Notes: generated from the sequence alone by a model not told the origin. 63,832 bases of DNA, filler included, from Neoconidiobolus thromboides FSU 785 (GCA_025603075.1; 9 parts of 9 records of this genome joined end to end with filler, not necessarily neighbours in it); one strand, 5' to 3'; numbered from the whole stretch's first letter, positions 50,052 through 63,038 are shown. A program made the numbers and translations.

Positions 50052-52074
50052 TTAACAAACAGGTACATTAACTGCCAATCCGCCTTGAGAGGTTTCTTTG
50101 TATTTACTCATCATATCCATACCCGTCATTTTCATAGTATGAATTACTTGATCTAAAGTAACACGATGATGACCATCCCCATTTAAAGCTAATTGAGCCG
50201 CTGTAACTGCTTTAACTGCACCTAAAGCATTACGTTCAATACATGGTATTTGTACTAATCCGTCAATAGGATCACATGTTAATCCAAGATTATGTTCCAT
50301 CCCAATTTCAGCTGCATTTTCGACTTGAGCTACGGTACCCCCCATTACTGCGGCAAAACCAGCAGCTGACATAGAACATGCTACTCCTACTTCACCTAAA
50401 ATTTAGAGATTAATAATTATTAAAAATAAAATAAAAAATAAAAAATTACCTTGACAACCAACTTCAGCAGCCGAAATGGAAGCACCTTTTTTAAATAACA
50501 TACCAATAGCTGAGGCAGTTAGCATAAATTCCATGATATCACGTTCTGGATCCATAGATATAAATTCTAAATAATATTTTAATACTGCTGGAATAACACC
50601 AGCTGCGCCATTCGTTGGAGCGGTAACTACTCGACCACCAGCTGCATTTTCTTCATTAACAGCAATCGCATAAACTGACAAATAATCTAAGGCTGGCAAA
50701 ACCATTCTTTTTGGTTGGGCTCTTACATGACTTTTGACTGCTAATGGATGATCTTCTAAAGATCTAGACAATAATCCAGGGGTACCTAAATTAGCAGTGG
50801 TTTCCATTTTATTATCATTATTATTATTATGAGTTCTTGAAAAAGTAGTTGAATCATATAAACCACGAGTTAATCGTCGATATAAATTGGGAGCTCGACG
50901 TTTAACTTTTAATCTTCCTGGTAAATAGGGTTCATCCGATAAACATCCATTTCTGATTGAATCATCCATGGTTTGCCAAATAGCTAAGATACTATCTTTG
51001 ATTTGTTGAGGACTACGCCACCTTAATTCATTTTCATAAACTGCTTGAGCTATTGTCATGTTCTCTCGGGAACATATTTCTAATAAATGTTCTGCATTTG
51101 TAAATGGTAATGTAGCTACAACTGCATCTTGTTGTCGTCGGCCGGAGGTTGCTACTCGATTATCATAAGATCTATAATAAACATTTTCACCATGATTTAA
51201 TTGAGTAGCTTCATTTACCACAAATCCACCACCAACCGAAAAATATTCATTAGTAGCTATCATATCACCATTGAAATCCATGGCTGTAAATCGCATACCA
51301 TTTGGATGTTGTGGTAATGAATCAAAATAATGGAATACTAAATCTTTATCAGGATCAAATTGAATACGATGAGTTCCATTTAATTTAATTGATTGTGTAT
51401 CTTTCATTGCTTGTACTCGTGATATTATTGTACTAGTTTCAACTGATTCTGGTGATTCACCTTCAACACCCATTAAACAGGCATTGGGGGTACCATGTCC
51501 TATACCTGTTAAAGCTAAGGAACCATATAAATCTATACGGAATTTTTGGACCTAATAGAAAAAAGTCAATTAATATATTAATATATTAATATTTTTATAT
51601 TTTATTTACCTTTTCAAGTACTTGGTGTTTAACTAAATCAGATATAAAAATTTTACCCGCTCTCATTGGACCAACAGTATGACTAAGTGAGTTGATAGTT
51701 TTTTATTAATACTATTATAAGTTATAAATAATCAAATTTACCTTGAAGATGGACCAACGCCAATAGAAAATAAATCAAAGGTAGATACTACAGCATGATG
51801 GGTTTCTTCTTGATCCTTCAAAATAACTATTAACTATTATTTTAAATAAAAGTATTCATTTTAAACTTACTCTTGTTTTATTTTCTTCTGTTGTTGCATT
51901 TTCTTTTTCATTCGATTGAGCATTAGTAGTAGTGTAATATCTTAAATTTACCACTCTTTTTTGAGACAACAAAAATGATTTGGATATCTCTTTACTAATT
52001 ATTCTTTGACTATAATTGCTTTTTATTGTATTAAATTGATGAAATAATACATTGCGTAAGGGAATACGTAACAT
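50052..52074 (-). CDS. Fe-S-dependent L-serine dehydratase (SdaA type, fused beta+alpha) with predicted mitochondrial presequence; spliced
   Basis: [86 protein letters not shown]; Arg/Ser/Leu-rich acid-poor N-terminus. Confidence 0.92.
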
Positions 52075-53195
52075 TTTTTTAATAAATGGTTTTTTAGAGA
52101 AGGTTATCTATATGTAAAGTAAAAGTCATTAGTATAACAGTTTTATTTGTTTTAATACAACAGGTAATTAAGTTAGTTATTAAATTATAATTTATGAGTC
52201 AAATTAATTACATTCAATTCAAATTACCTTTTTATTAAAGTATTGAAATTTATTACAACAATATAGAATAGTAAACAAATGAAAAATGAATGATATAATT
52301 ATAAAAACTCAAAGAATTAAATCGATAAAATTCAATGTTTAAATCTAAAAAATTAGTAATAAAAATAAAGCTTCTCTATTTATATTTTTTTTATTTCACT
52401 TATTGATATTATTTTTTAGAAATTTAACAACGTAAAAATTTTTTATTACCCATCCCTTGACCAATCATTTCATTACTTTCCTATATTAGAGCAACTTATT
52501 TTTCCTAACTTAAAACAAAATTCACTAATATAGATTGATTTTTAGTTGAGACTAAGAATCTTAATAAATATTCTTCACAAAGTAGATTTCTCAGCTGATA
52601 TCTCAATTGACTCTAACTCATATTTAGTACCTTTTGTATTAAAAATTCAATAGAATTAAAATTTATCATAATTATCAAATAAAAAAATAAAATCGATTTT
52701 AAGCCTAAATCGATTTTATTTTATAAATACGTTTAAATTTTCGAAATAAAATTTATTATCTATTATTCATTATTCATTATTTATTATTCATTATCTTTTA
52801 TCTTATCTTTTAAATTTTAAAAAAAATCAAAATTCCCCTCTCACATTATCTTCATTTTCATTCTTTACCGTTACCCATAACAACTTGGATAATAAACTTT
52901 AAAATCAACTTATTATTTAAAAGTTAATTCTATTCAATTTGACACTTTATTACTCAATTTTAAAAACAGTAATATTTTATTCTATTTTTAAAAAAATTCC
53001 GAATTTTTTTTTTTCATTATTTGTTATAAAAAATATGCATAGAAATATATATAAAACTAATAAAAATATATATCAAAATTATCATTTAAGATATTATCTT
53101 AGATCAAACATTTAATAACCCCAATTTTAATAATATAGCTAAAATAGAAGCATTCTCCAAAGTAATCATATAATAACTTTCCAAATTTCTGTTCT

Positions 53196-55802
53196 CTAAA
53201 TTTCTTCATCTTCACTAGTTCTTATCCCTTGTGTTTCCAAATAACTTTCTGTTTCAGAAGCTCCAATATCTTTTCCTTCTTTCCTAGGCAACATGTATTC
53301 ACTTTCAACATTTTTGATAGTTCTACTACTACCTTGGAGTTGAAAATTTCTATAATAATAAAAAAGTACAAAATTAGCATAAAAAACTTAATATGTTATA
53401 GCCTAGTTATTATTTCTATTTTAAAAAAAGATACTCACCTTTTTTTATCAAACAAGGGTTGATGTCTTTTATCTAAATCAATTATATCGTCTTCATTATC
53501 TCCAATTTCTGTGCCTATTTCAGTTGGTGGTATATAGTTATCTCCAATTAATGCCTGTGGATCAGGTTCATAAAACCAAGGATCTAGTATTTTATTATCG
53601 ATTTTATTTTTACATTCATTATTATTATCAATTGATTTAGTTGATCGCACATTGGGGGATTTAAGATAATTTCTTGTATCTTTTGGATTATTTTCAATTA
53701 CTAACATGGGATTATCCTCAAGTTCTTCATCATTAACAGCAAAATTATAGGATGTTGTAGTACCAGTAAGCTGATTTTCATTATCGATATCATTACTAAT
53801 ATTGATCACTTCTTGCTGAGTTGATTTACTTTGTTTAGTACTTTTACGTTTAGGAATAGAACGAGTTTCATCTGTGTATTCATCATCACTAATACCACTT
53901 TGTTTTGATGTTGATGTAACTACTTTTTGAATTTTTGAGTTTCTCGTTCTTTTTGCAATAGTAGTATCTTGTACAGTCTATAACTTATATTAATAAAATT
54001 AGTTTTATTTGAACTAATTAACTAGTTCTAGATTAATATTTTTTAATTTACCTTATTATTATTCAATACTAAATGATCCAAATTATTTTGTGAATTAATA
54101 TTAAAAGTATGTGTGTTTTCTCGAGTCATTAATAATATCTATAAAAAATAATATAAAACAACAATTTTAATAATAAAAACAATCTTACTTTTTCTAATAT
54201 CCTTTCTTTATCATCCGAAGTAATATTATTAATAACTCGGTCTAATCCTTTCTTTTGATAAGTTTTAATAAAACTAAAAAAAATTTTTTATTAAAGCCAG
54301 CACCAACGTAATAAATAAATAAATAAATAAATAAACCACAAGACTTACTCTTCAATTGCATTTTTTTCTTCTTTATCAACAAAATACTTTAATGTTTCAG
54401 TCATATGAGGACAAGGTAAAAAAGCAGGTTCACTATCATTCAAGATTTCAATCAATAAATCTTCCACTTTAGAAGTTGGTATTGCTGAACTTTGACTTAA
54501 TGATTGTGTTAATGAATTTATTCCTTTTGTTCGTTTTAAGATATCTGAATAATAATAATAATAATAATATGTATATATAAATATAATTTATACAATAGTT
54601 ACCTAAGTTTATTTTTTTTCTTTTAAATCGAATTGGATCTTTTGGATTTGCTATTATCCCATTAAACTTATTAATAAAGTTCATAGTACTTATTGATTCC
54701 ATATTTAACCCAAGTTCAACCTAAAATATTAAAATATTAATAAATATAATATAATAATAAATAATGAATAAGAATACTCTTAATCTAACCAATGGAAGTG
54801 GGCAGTTTACTTCATCTACATCTTGATTAAGTTCCAGCCATTCCTTTTTAGCTTGAGTCGCCGCTCTTTTTACCTAAAAATTAAATCATAAACTTTTATC
54901 TCTTTAAACAATAACAACAAAACAGTTACCTCATTTTTTAAAATTTCCATAGTTCTTTCTTCACTTTTTAATTCCATTTCCGGAAATTCTTCCAATATCA
55001 AATCTAAAAATTTGAAAGGTCGTATTGATTTCAATGGTATTTTATCTACATGAAATTTTGTTCCATGAATCTTTAATATAGCTACATGTCTAGTTATAAA
55101 AATAAATATAATAATAAAAAACATCCTATAAATTCAAAAAATAGAATAAAATAAAATTACTTACTTTCTAATTGATTCACCTTCTGAAAGTGAAGTTGCT
55201 ACTGAAGAGCCGGGTTGCATAACATAAAATCCTTTATTAGGATTTAATTGAGGTTCAATTAAACAGTCATGTTCATGACCCCAAATAACCAAATCAATAA
55301 ATGGAAATAATTGATCTTCTGGTAAATAATCGGTTTTATTAACGGTATGTGGTTGTCGATTTTGATGAACTACCATTAAATTAAACCATTCTTCTGGACT
55401 TTGACTTGGTCGAACTGCTCTTACTTTATTTTTTTTAAATGTTTTTAATAGTCGTTCATCTCGTACATTACCAAGTCCATATAAAGAGAGTTTTGTTGTT
55501 CCTTTTTGAAGTAGGATGGGATGGATTAATATGTCATCTACTCCATTTGCTCGTCCAAAGTAATTGATGTGACCTGACATGGAAAGTAAATCTAAAGCAC
55601 AATAACCCCCTAACTGAATAAAAAGAACTTAATAAAATTGGTTTTTAATTAGTTTAATTTAACTTACTCCAGCCGGATCATCATGGTTACCATGAATAGA
55701 AAAGATAGGAGTTGATATATTTAAATTAGGATCTAAATAATTAGCTCTACCAAAACTAAATAATATTAAAATTAAAATAAAACAAGTGAATTATATATCA
55801 TT

Positions 55803-55891
<89 letters not shown>

Positions 55892-56317
55892 CAGCTTACT
55901 TATTTTTAAAATTAATATGTTGGTTTGATAAAAACTTTAAACTACTTGGTTTATCACCATAACAATATTTTCTTAATAATTCAATTGTTTTATACATGGT
56001 ATTTCGACTTGGCTTATTATCATGAAATAAATCGCCACCTAGTAATATAAAATCAACCTAAAATATTAAAACATGTATTAAAATAAAATTTATCAGTATT
56101 GTTTGTTTATCATTTAAATGATTAAAGTGAATTGAGATTTAATATTAAATTAATTTACCTTTTCTTCAACTGCTAATTTTAAGATTTCTTCAAATGCAAT
56201 AAAAGAATCTTCGCTTCTTATACTATCTGTTTCATTGTATCCCAGATGATTATCTGTAGCCACCATAATCTTAATGGTATCTTCAATTGGCCATTTATTA
56301 GGATTCAATTTACTCAT
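53196..56317 (-). CDS. MRE11: Double-strand break repair nuclease MRE11 (many introns)
   Basis: [83 protein letters not shown]; exact 3' end uncertain. Confidence 0.95.
55803..55891. repeat. (AAT)n microsatellite in MRE11 intron
   Basis: About 29 AAT units. Confidence 0.95.
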
Positions 56318-56587
56318 TATTCTAACTTTTATATAAAAAACTAATACTTAGAGAATGAAAAATGAAATTTTAAAATTGATTTGAATTTAGTAAATTTCCA
56401 AATACTTTTAATGCCATTTTTAGTAAATCTAATTAAAGGTAATAATACTTAAGTATTGAAAAAATGTGGCAAGTTTGTTAGATTAATTCAATAATCAATT
56501 TCTTAGAATAAAATAGAAAACAATATAAAAACATACTCCTAAAACTAAATTTCAATTATTATTTATTTAAATTAATTCAATAACAGT

Positions 56588-56962
56588 TCAACATTTTAAA
56601 CCAGAAACTAATTCAATATCTCTCAATGCCCAATTACAAGGTTTAGGTTCTTCAGGTATTTGTAATAATTGACCATTTTTAAAAGTAACTTTATTAATTA
56701 GTTTCAGATTAGAGCTCAATGAATTCCCAGCTGTATCTTGCCATTGAAATTGACCTTCTTCCAATTGAAATACAGCAATATCTGCTTTATAACCTTTTTT
56801 TAAATAACCTATTTGGTCATCTAATTTTAATATCTTTGCTGGATTAACCGTGGTCATTTTAATAACCTCAATTAAAGGTATTCCTAAAGCTACCATTTTA
56901 TTCACAACATTTAATAAATTTTTAGCTGTAGAAATACGTGATACTTGATGTAAATCAGAACT
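56588..56962 (-). CDS. Bacterial-type amidohydrolase paralog, 5' partial
   Basis: SSDLH...TTVNPAKIL...GYKADIAVF; first ~95 nt identical to 49484 onward. Confidence 0.85.
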   Translation of the reverse strand, partial: SSDLHQVSRISTAKNLLNVVNKMVALGIPLIEVIKMTTVNPAKILKLDDQIGYLKKGYKADIAVFQLEEGQFQWQDTAGNSLSSNLKLINKVTFKNGQLLQIPEEPKPCNWALRDIELVSGLKC

Positions 56963-57062
56963 NNNNNNNNNNNNNNNNNNNNNNNNNNNNNNNNNNNNNN
57001 NNNNNNTTAATTAATTAANNNNNNNNNNNNNNNNNNNNNNNNNNNNNNNNNNNNNNNNNNNN

Positions 57063-57745
57063 TATTAAACATAACAATAAACTACATTGTTATCCAGTAT
57101 CTGATACATCAAAAAAAGCGATATAGTTCCAATTAAAGTTATAGAGTCTATAGAAAATAGAAAGATTAAAAGATCAATCCCAGCTTATCTTACGAAAACA
57201 ATAGAGAATTTGAAGATTTCGATATTTGTTAAGCAAGTAGGTAAGTTTGTTGAATGATAGAAATAGACTATTAAACGTTAATATTACCTAAGTTATTAAT
57301 AGCTAAGTTAATAAATAGTCAAAGAACAAGTAATTGTAATAATATGTAAAAACTATTATTATATTACTTGTGTTATATAAAGATGGTTAATTGTAGCTTT
57401 GGGGCTGATCACTTCCCCCTATTTAGCTATTTATTAACTTAGCAATATATTAATAAAGTAATTATAACATTAAAATAGCTTATTTATTTGATAGAAAATC
57501 TGGAATGTTGGTTATAAAGCGACCAATAATAAACATTTCTCAATAAAGCTTTATAGGAATATGTATTTAATATCTAGTAGAAATTCAGCTAACTTACAGT
57601 ATCAACTATAACACAATGGTTTAGAACTGTGTCTGGGTGCTTTTTTTTTAACAAAAAAGTTCTTTTTATAGAATTTTAAACCAAGTTTTTAAAATAAAAA
57701 TATTTAAAAATAGGATAAAATGATGAAACTAATTCAAACAACCCC
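57063..57745 (+). mobile_element. Sola-like transposon copy, 3' part
   Basis: Collinear with 24053-24680 (reverse complement); ends AAACTAATTCAAACAACCCC followed by ATAT. Confidence 0.75.
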
Positions 57746-57811
57746 ATATTAACAATTACAATTTATATTAAACATTAGTTAGTTTATCAACTTAAATTCT
57801 AAATAGTATAT

Positions 57812-57908
57812 GGGGATGTATTTTTTTGCTTAATAGTTTTGCTAATAATCTCTCTGCTCAAATAGCGCTTGAAAAATGGAAAAGTTATGAAACCAAAAAA
57901 ACAGCCCC
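57812..57908 (-). mobile_element. MITE copy
   Basis: GGGGATG...CAGCCCC, ATAT/ATAT flanks. Confidence 0.88.
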
Positions 57909-57984
57909 ATATAGTTTTATACTTTTTAACTTCATAATTATAAAAAAGTAAAAAACAAATTCAGTAACTATACAATTTAATTAT

Positions 57985-58063
57985 TTAACAAGAGCCATAA
58001 CGATTATGTTTGATAAAGATAGAACCTGGGCATCCTTTCTTAGAGTCTAAATCAAATGATCCA
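57985..58063 (-). CDS. C-terminal fragment of an unidentified protein
   Basis: GSFDLDSKKGCPGSIFIKHNRYGSC-stop running in from the gap; GC higher than flanks. Confidence 0.3.
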
Positions 58064-58163
58064 NNNNNNNNNNNNNNNNNNNNNNNNNNNNNNNNNNNNN
58101 NNNNNNNTTAATTAATTAANNNNNNNNNNNNNNNNNNNNNNNNNNNNNNNNNNNNNNNNNNNN

Positions 58164-58254
58164 GTTTTTGTATTTAAGAATTTTACTAGCAATTTTTCCA
58201 CTCAAATAGCACTTAAAAGGTGCAAAAAGTAATGAACTCAAAAAAAACATCCCC
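58164..58254 (-). mobile_element. MITE copy, partial (gap)
   Basis: Family core ending CATCCCC-ATAT. Confidence 0.85.
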
Positions 58255-59913
58255 ATATGCTAGTAGAATCATACTATGTTTGGAATGAAAAACAATTATT
58301 CTGATAGCTTATTAGATCTAAACCATTGTAACTGTAATTTAATACTACATACTCATCCTTATGAAAGTAGATAGTTTGACGATTTATGAAATAAAATATA
58401 CTATAATTCTATTTCACGTTACTGTAGGCAGTAATCATGAAAAAAAGACAACTAGAAATCATTTGCTGTGACAATAGTAAGAATAAATGAAATTCTTGCT
58501 ATAAATAAATATCCGATGAACTAAGAAAATATTTTATACTTTGCTCATAATTTCTATATTTGAACATTAGATTAACTTCTAGATTTGATTTAATTTTAAA
58601 TTAAAGCTGATAAATTAAATTAGTCACTTATAATCTTTTTAACCATCACAAAATAAATTATTTGAAGGTTGCTATAAAAACACTATAAGGGAACCCCATT
58701 TTGTTTCGGTATTTAGATAATGAATTTAAAAACTTATTGTCTAAATAACAAGTGGACAGATAAAAGAAGCAAGACATTCAATATTGTAAAAAACAGAGCT
58801 TTAAAATCAAATTTTCAAAAGCGTTATTTTATTTCTTTTTATTGCCTTTTTGAATAATTTATAATCTCGCATATATTTTTATTCTTAAGAATATTCGAAT
58901 TTCTGCAATTTATGAGCAGTTTATATTAACAAAAGATAGCCTATTATGAGCTTTGAACTTTGCTATTATTTTATTAATTGTAGAAAAAACTCTTGGAAAA
59001 AGATTCAATAAATGAACCTTCATTTCATGACATAATTTATTAATACATTTGTTCCTATATTTACATAGATCACTTTTATTCCTTCATGTTTAATAAAGAA
59101 ATCCCATATACTAATAAAAATCAAAATACTATTAGCTACCAACAGGCTTAGATAATTTAGTTTAAATTTTCTTTGCTATCCAGAGCTGAGCTTCCTTGTT
59201 TGCCGGTTTTTGATTTAGATAGTTAAGGAGGTTGTAAGCGATAGAATGGCGAAAGAAAGGGAGAATGAAACTAGAGCCATAGATGGCCTGAAAGGATGAT
59301 ACAATGGGGAAAAAGGTACTAAAAGTGAGGCCAAACATTAATAGGTTCATAAAAGTTATCAAGGCTCAAAAAACGGTAAGTAAGAATAGATCTAAAAGCT
59401 GTGTTAAAATTATTGGTTCTCGTGCCAGAGGCATCAAGTTGAATTAAGTATATTATTTCTAAAACTACTTAGTTTCTTTTATAACTTTGATTTATTTCAA
59501 GGTAATGTATTTTGAAAATAAATACAATTTTTTATAAAGCTCAATGTGCACTTTCAAGGATATATACTCGCATTTTTACAATAATATACTAGATTTCAAA
59601 AGCAATAAAGATTTATTTTAACTAATAACTGAATCAATACTAATTAAAAGCATAAAGTGAAAGTGATTAAATGAAAAGGCATCAAGTCTTTAATAGTTTG
59701 TATGATGTATTTTCTTGCTTTTAATTATAAAAGGATGAATTTTCTTGAAGCTAAAGACATGAGCTATCTTTTCAAATTGTTAACAGTCAAAAAAATAGAT
59801 TTTCTTAGAAACCACTTCATTTTGTATAAAGATATTGTTAAAATTTTGTACTATCAAAAAAGCTATATAAAAGCAAAAAAATATTGTCTAAATATTTATT
59901 AAGTTAAGTTAAA

Positions 59914-60008
59914 TTATTTTCTAGGGGATTCGTTAATGATAACTTGTTTTCCCATAGTTAAATGGGCAGTAATATGACAATGCATAAACCAAGAACCTGG
60001 GTTATCAG
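59914..60008 (-). CDS. Multicopper oxidase (laccase/ascorbate oxidase-like) C-terminal fragment
   Basis: DNPGSWFMHCHITAHLTMGKQVIINESPRK-stop contains the HCHxxxH copper-binding signature. Confidence 0.85.
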
Positions 60009-60108
60009 NNNNNNNNNNNNNNNNNNNNNNNNNNNNNNNNNNNNNNNNNNNNTTAATTAATTAANNNNNNNNNNNNNNNNNNNNNNNNNNNNNNNNNNNN
60101 NNNNNNNN

Positions 60109-60198
60109 TATAACTAGGAATGCAAAGAACGCAGACGTTTTTGATGTTATTGGGGTATAGTATGAGTAAATCTGATTAGTTTCTGGCTGTCCGCTCAT
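60109..60198 (-). CDS. N-terminal fragment of a probable membrane protein (copy 1)
   Basis: MSGQPETNQIYSYYTPITSKTSAFFAFLVI running into the gap; identical to 62158-62247. Confidence 0.5.
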
Positions 60199-62157
60199 TT
60201 TTTCAGATATTAAATTTAAAGGTTAAGTGTAATTTTGGTTCTATTTATAACTTTATTTTCTAAATAAACAGTTAATGAAGTGCCACTCTCTTTGGTAATG
60301 AATTTAAATGTTCAACAAAAATCCTTTTTTACTATATTTGTCAAATTTAATCACAATACTAGTTTAATATCCACTTAATCATTCATTGAATAGTTAATGA
60401 CTCCAGAATAAAATTTTCATCAGTTTGAGAGTTAATTAGAAAGTTATATAGCGCTGTTCTATATTTTTAATTTATAAAATATTTCTTTTATCAAGAACCT
60501 TCTTCTGTAAAAAAACCAACCCTAAGTTAGAGGACTTAAAAGGGTACGATTAATAAAGTCTTGTATTAGAATTTTAAAATCAAAAGCCCTTAATTTAAAT
60601 AATTGTTCTTTTTCGTATCATATACACTCATTTTTAATTGCCTTGGCGTTTAAAGAATTTTAATTTTTGAATTTACCTTTACATAATTTAAGCATAATTG
60701 TATTTCTAAGGGATACTATTAAATTGTTTTAGACGTGGATTGAGCATTTCTAATTTTGCATTTGGTGAATTTAAAAATAAAAATAGTAACAATGATTAAA
60801 TTAATTGAATATAGAATTGAAGATATCCAACTCATATCTAAAATCAATCAGTAATAGCTTTTAAATTGGCATATTTAAATGCTTTAGCAATGATGTTATA
60901 GTCCATACCTGTCTTTCTAATATTTTTTTGAGGATTAAAGTAAAAAACTCAAATAGCATGAAAATATACTTATTATAACTATACAGTAAGCACTCATGCT
61001 ATACTAAATAAAATACTAATACATGGGTACTATTTACGTTAAGCTAACATCTATTATAGTTCCAAAAAGTAATAGCATGTTTTATATTTTCTAATGAAAA
61101 TTTTGTGAATTAGAACAAAAGGATACAATATAGGTATAACGTTTTTTTAAATAATATGATTTTGGCTACTTATTTGTCTTTAAAAAATGCGATAGAAGCC
61201 TGTTTGTTGAATTTACTTTTTTAAAAGGCAATGCGAACATAACAGAAAATATATATAATATGATTGATATTCTTGAATTAATACAAACTAGTTTAAGGAA
61301 ACTTAAAAATGAAATATCTATTTTACACCTTTAATTATCGGTTCTAAATAAGAATACGTTTATATGAATTTAACCTCATATAGCAGTTCTATAGCGCGCT
61401 TCTACTTCTTATATCAAACAACTAATAATATGGTGAATCTACATCCTACTAGTCTCTTGGACTCCGTAATGCTAATAAAAAAGATGTCGAGGTTCAACTT
61501 AATCACCAAAGCTCATTATACTTTTATATTGATAAAACATTTTTATTCAGGTTCAAAACTTTCTAAAGTATTTGAGAATATTATTTTGCAGCCAGTAATT
61601 TTTGATGTTATAATTTTTATACCTATTGATGAAAATTGATGAACAAAAATAGAATCTTGTGTATTTTTTAATGCTTTAAGATTTACTTTATAAACTAGTG
61701 GTATTTTATAAACAAATACGTCTTCTAACATGATATGCAAATGATTTGAAGTTCAAAAATCAAAATAGATTCTACAAGCATATACTAGTAAATATTTACT
61801 ATTTATTAATATAGTCCATTACAGTATATTAGAATGCAACTTTAAATTATCCGAGCTCAGTTCTGGTTTAGGGGATGTAAAATACTTACCCGTGATTTTC
61901 TATTCCTTTATATTATGTAGTAACCAATCTTATAAAACGTGTATTCATTACAATAAACTCATGCCAAGTTCAACAAGTTTTCTTATTTTACTAAAGAGTA
62001 ACATAAAAACAGGATATTTTACATTTAACTTGTTTACAGATTAAAAAATATAATATAGCGTATGTATAGCTTGTTCAGATAAATAAAGCACTCAAGCATA
62101 AAGTATAAAAAATTATTCTAAATAAGTGAACTTCTTGGGTCTCATTAACTTAAAAAA

Positions 62158-62247
62158 ATGAGCGGACAGCCAGAAACTAATCAGATTTACTCATACTATA
62201 CCCCAATAACATCAAAAACGTCTGCGTTCTTTGCATTCCTAGTTATA
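62158..62247 (+). CDS. N-terminal fragment of a probable membrane protein (copy 2)
   Basis: AAAAAA-ATG context, 30 open codons to the gap; exact inverted copy of 60109-60198. Confidence 0.5.
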
Positions 62248-62347
62248 NNNNNNNNNNNNNNNNNNNNNNNNNNNNNNNNNNNNNNNNNNNNTTAATTAAT
62301 TAANNNNNNNNNNNNNNNNNNNNNNNNNNNNNNNNNNNNNNNNNNNN

Positions 62348-62364
62348 CTAAAAAAAACAGCCCC
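62348..62364 (-). mobile_element. MITE end fragment (gap)
   Basis: AAAAAAAACAGCCCC-ATAT. Confidence 0.6.
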
Positions 62365-62600
62365 ATATATATTATCTTATGAATATTTACTATCATTGTT
62401 TTTTATTAAATCTTGATGAAATAGGTAAGTCATTTAGTAAATATTGTACAATAGTTTCAATTTGGTCATCTTTAATTTTTTTTATATTTTTAATAATAGG
62501 TTGTAATGTTGATATTTTATCACTGTTACTTATTTTTGAATAATCATATTGATTTCTATTTATATTAAACCCAAAACTCTTACATTCATCAAAAGAATAT

Positions 62601-62700
62601 GGGGGGTGTATTTTTATGTTTAAGAATTTCAGTGATAGTTTTTCCATTTAAATAACGCTTAAAAGGTAGAAAAAGTAACGAAGCCAAAAAAGACACCCCC
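62601..62700 (-). mobile_element. MITE copy inside transposase
   Basis: ATAT/ATAT TSD; empty site AAAAGA-ATAT-ACTGAAG at ~26395. Confidence 0.9.
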
Positions 62701-62802
62701 ATATACTGAAGCTATAGTTGATAATAACGCTACTTTTTGATTTTATTTCCTTGTTTCCCTCAAAGCACTAATTTTATACATTGCTTGATTAAGTTTATTA
62801 TT

Positions 62803-62899
62803 GGAGATGTATTTTTGTGTTTAAGAATTTACTGACAATATTTCTGCTCAGATAGTGCTTAAAAAATAGAAAAGTAATGAAATCAAAAAAAACATCCCC
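62803..62899 (-). mobile_element. MITE copy inside transposase
   Basis: GGAGATG...CATCCCC; TSD ambiguous (ATT/ATT). Confidence 0.88.
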
Positions 62900-63038
62900 A
62901 TTTTGATAGTAAGCTTTGATAATATATCTTTCCTTTGTTTTGTTTTGTTACAAAATCCCATAAACCTTGGGTTGTTATAAGTAGCTCTTAAAATTGATGT
63001 AAATGAATTACAATGTTTGTATTGTGTACTCCCCCTAT

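Noticed and set aside
49274-52074. Bacterial contamination or an operon (amidohydrolase plus sdaA)
   Set aside because: The serine dehydratase has spliceosomal introns and a targeting peptide, the genes are convergent, and the contig continues into intron-rich MRE11.
58500-61740. Short ORFs 59702-59902, 61364-61639, 61543-61740, plus 27581-27790, 36970-37254 and 53229-53462 elsewhere
   Set aside because: Short, compositionally AT-driven, often without ATG, no recognisable motifs.
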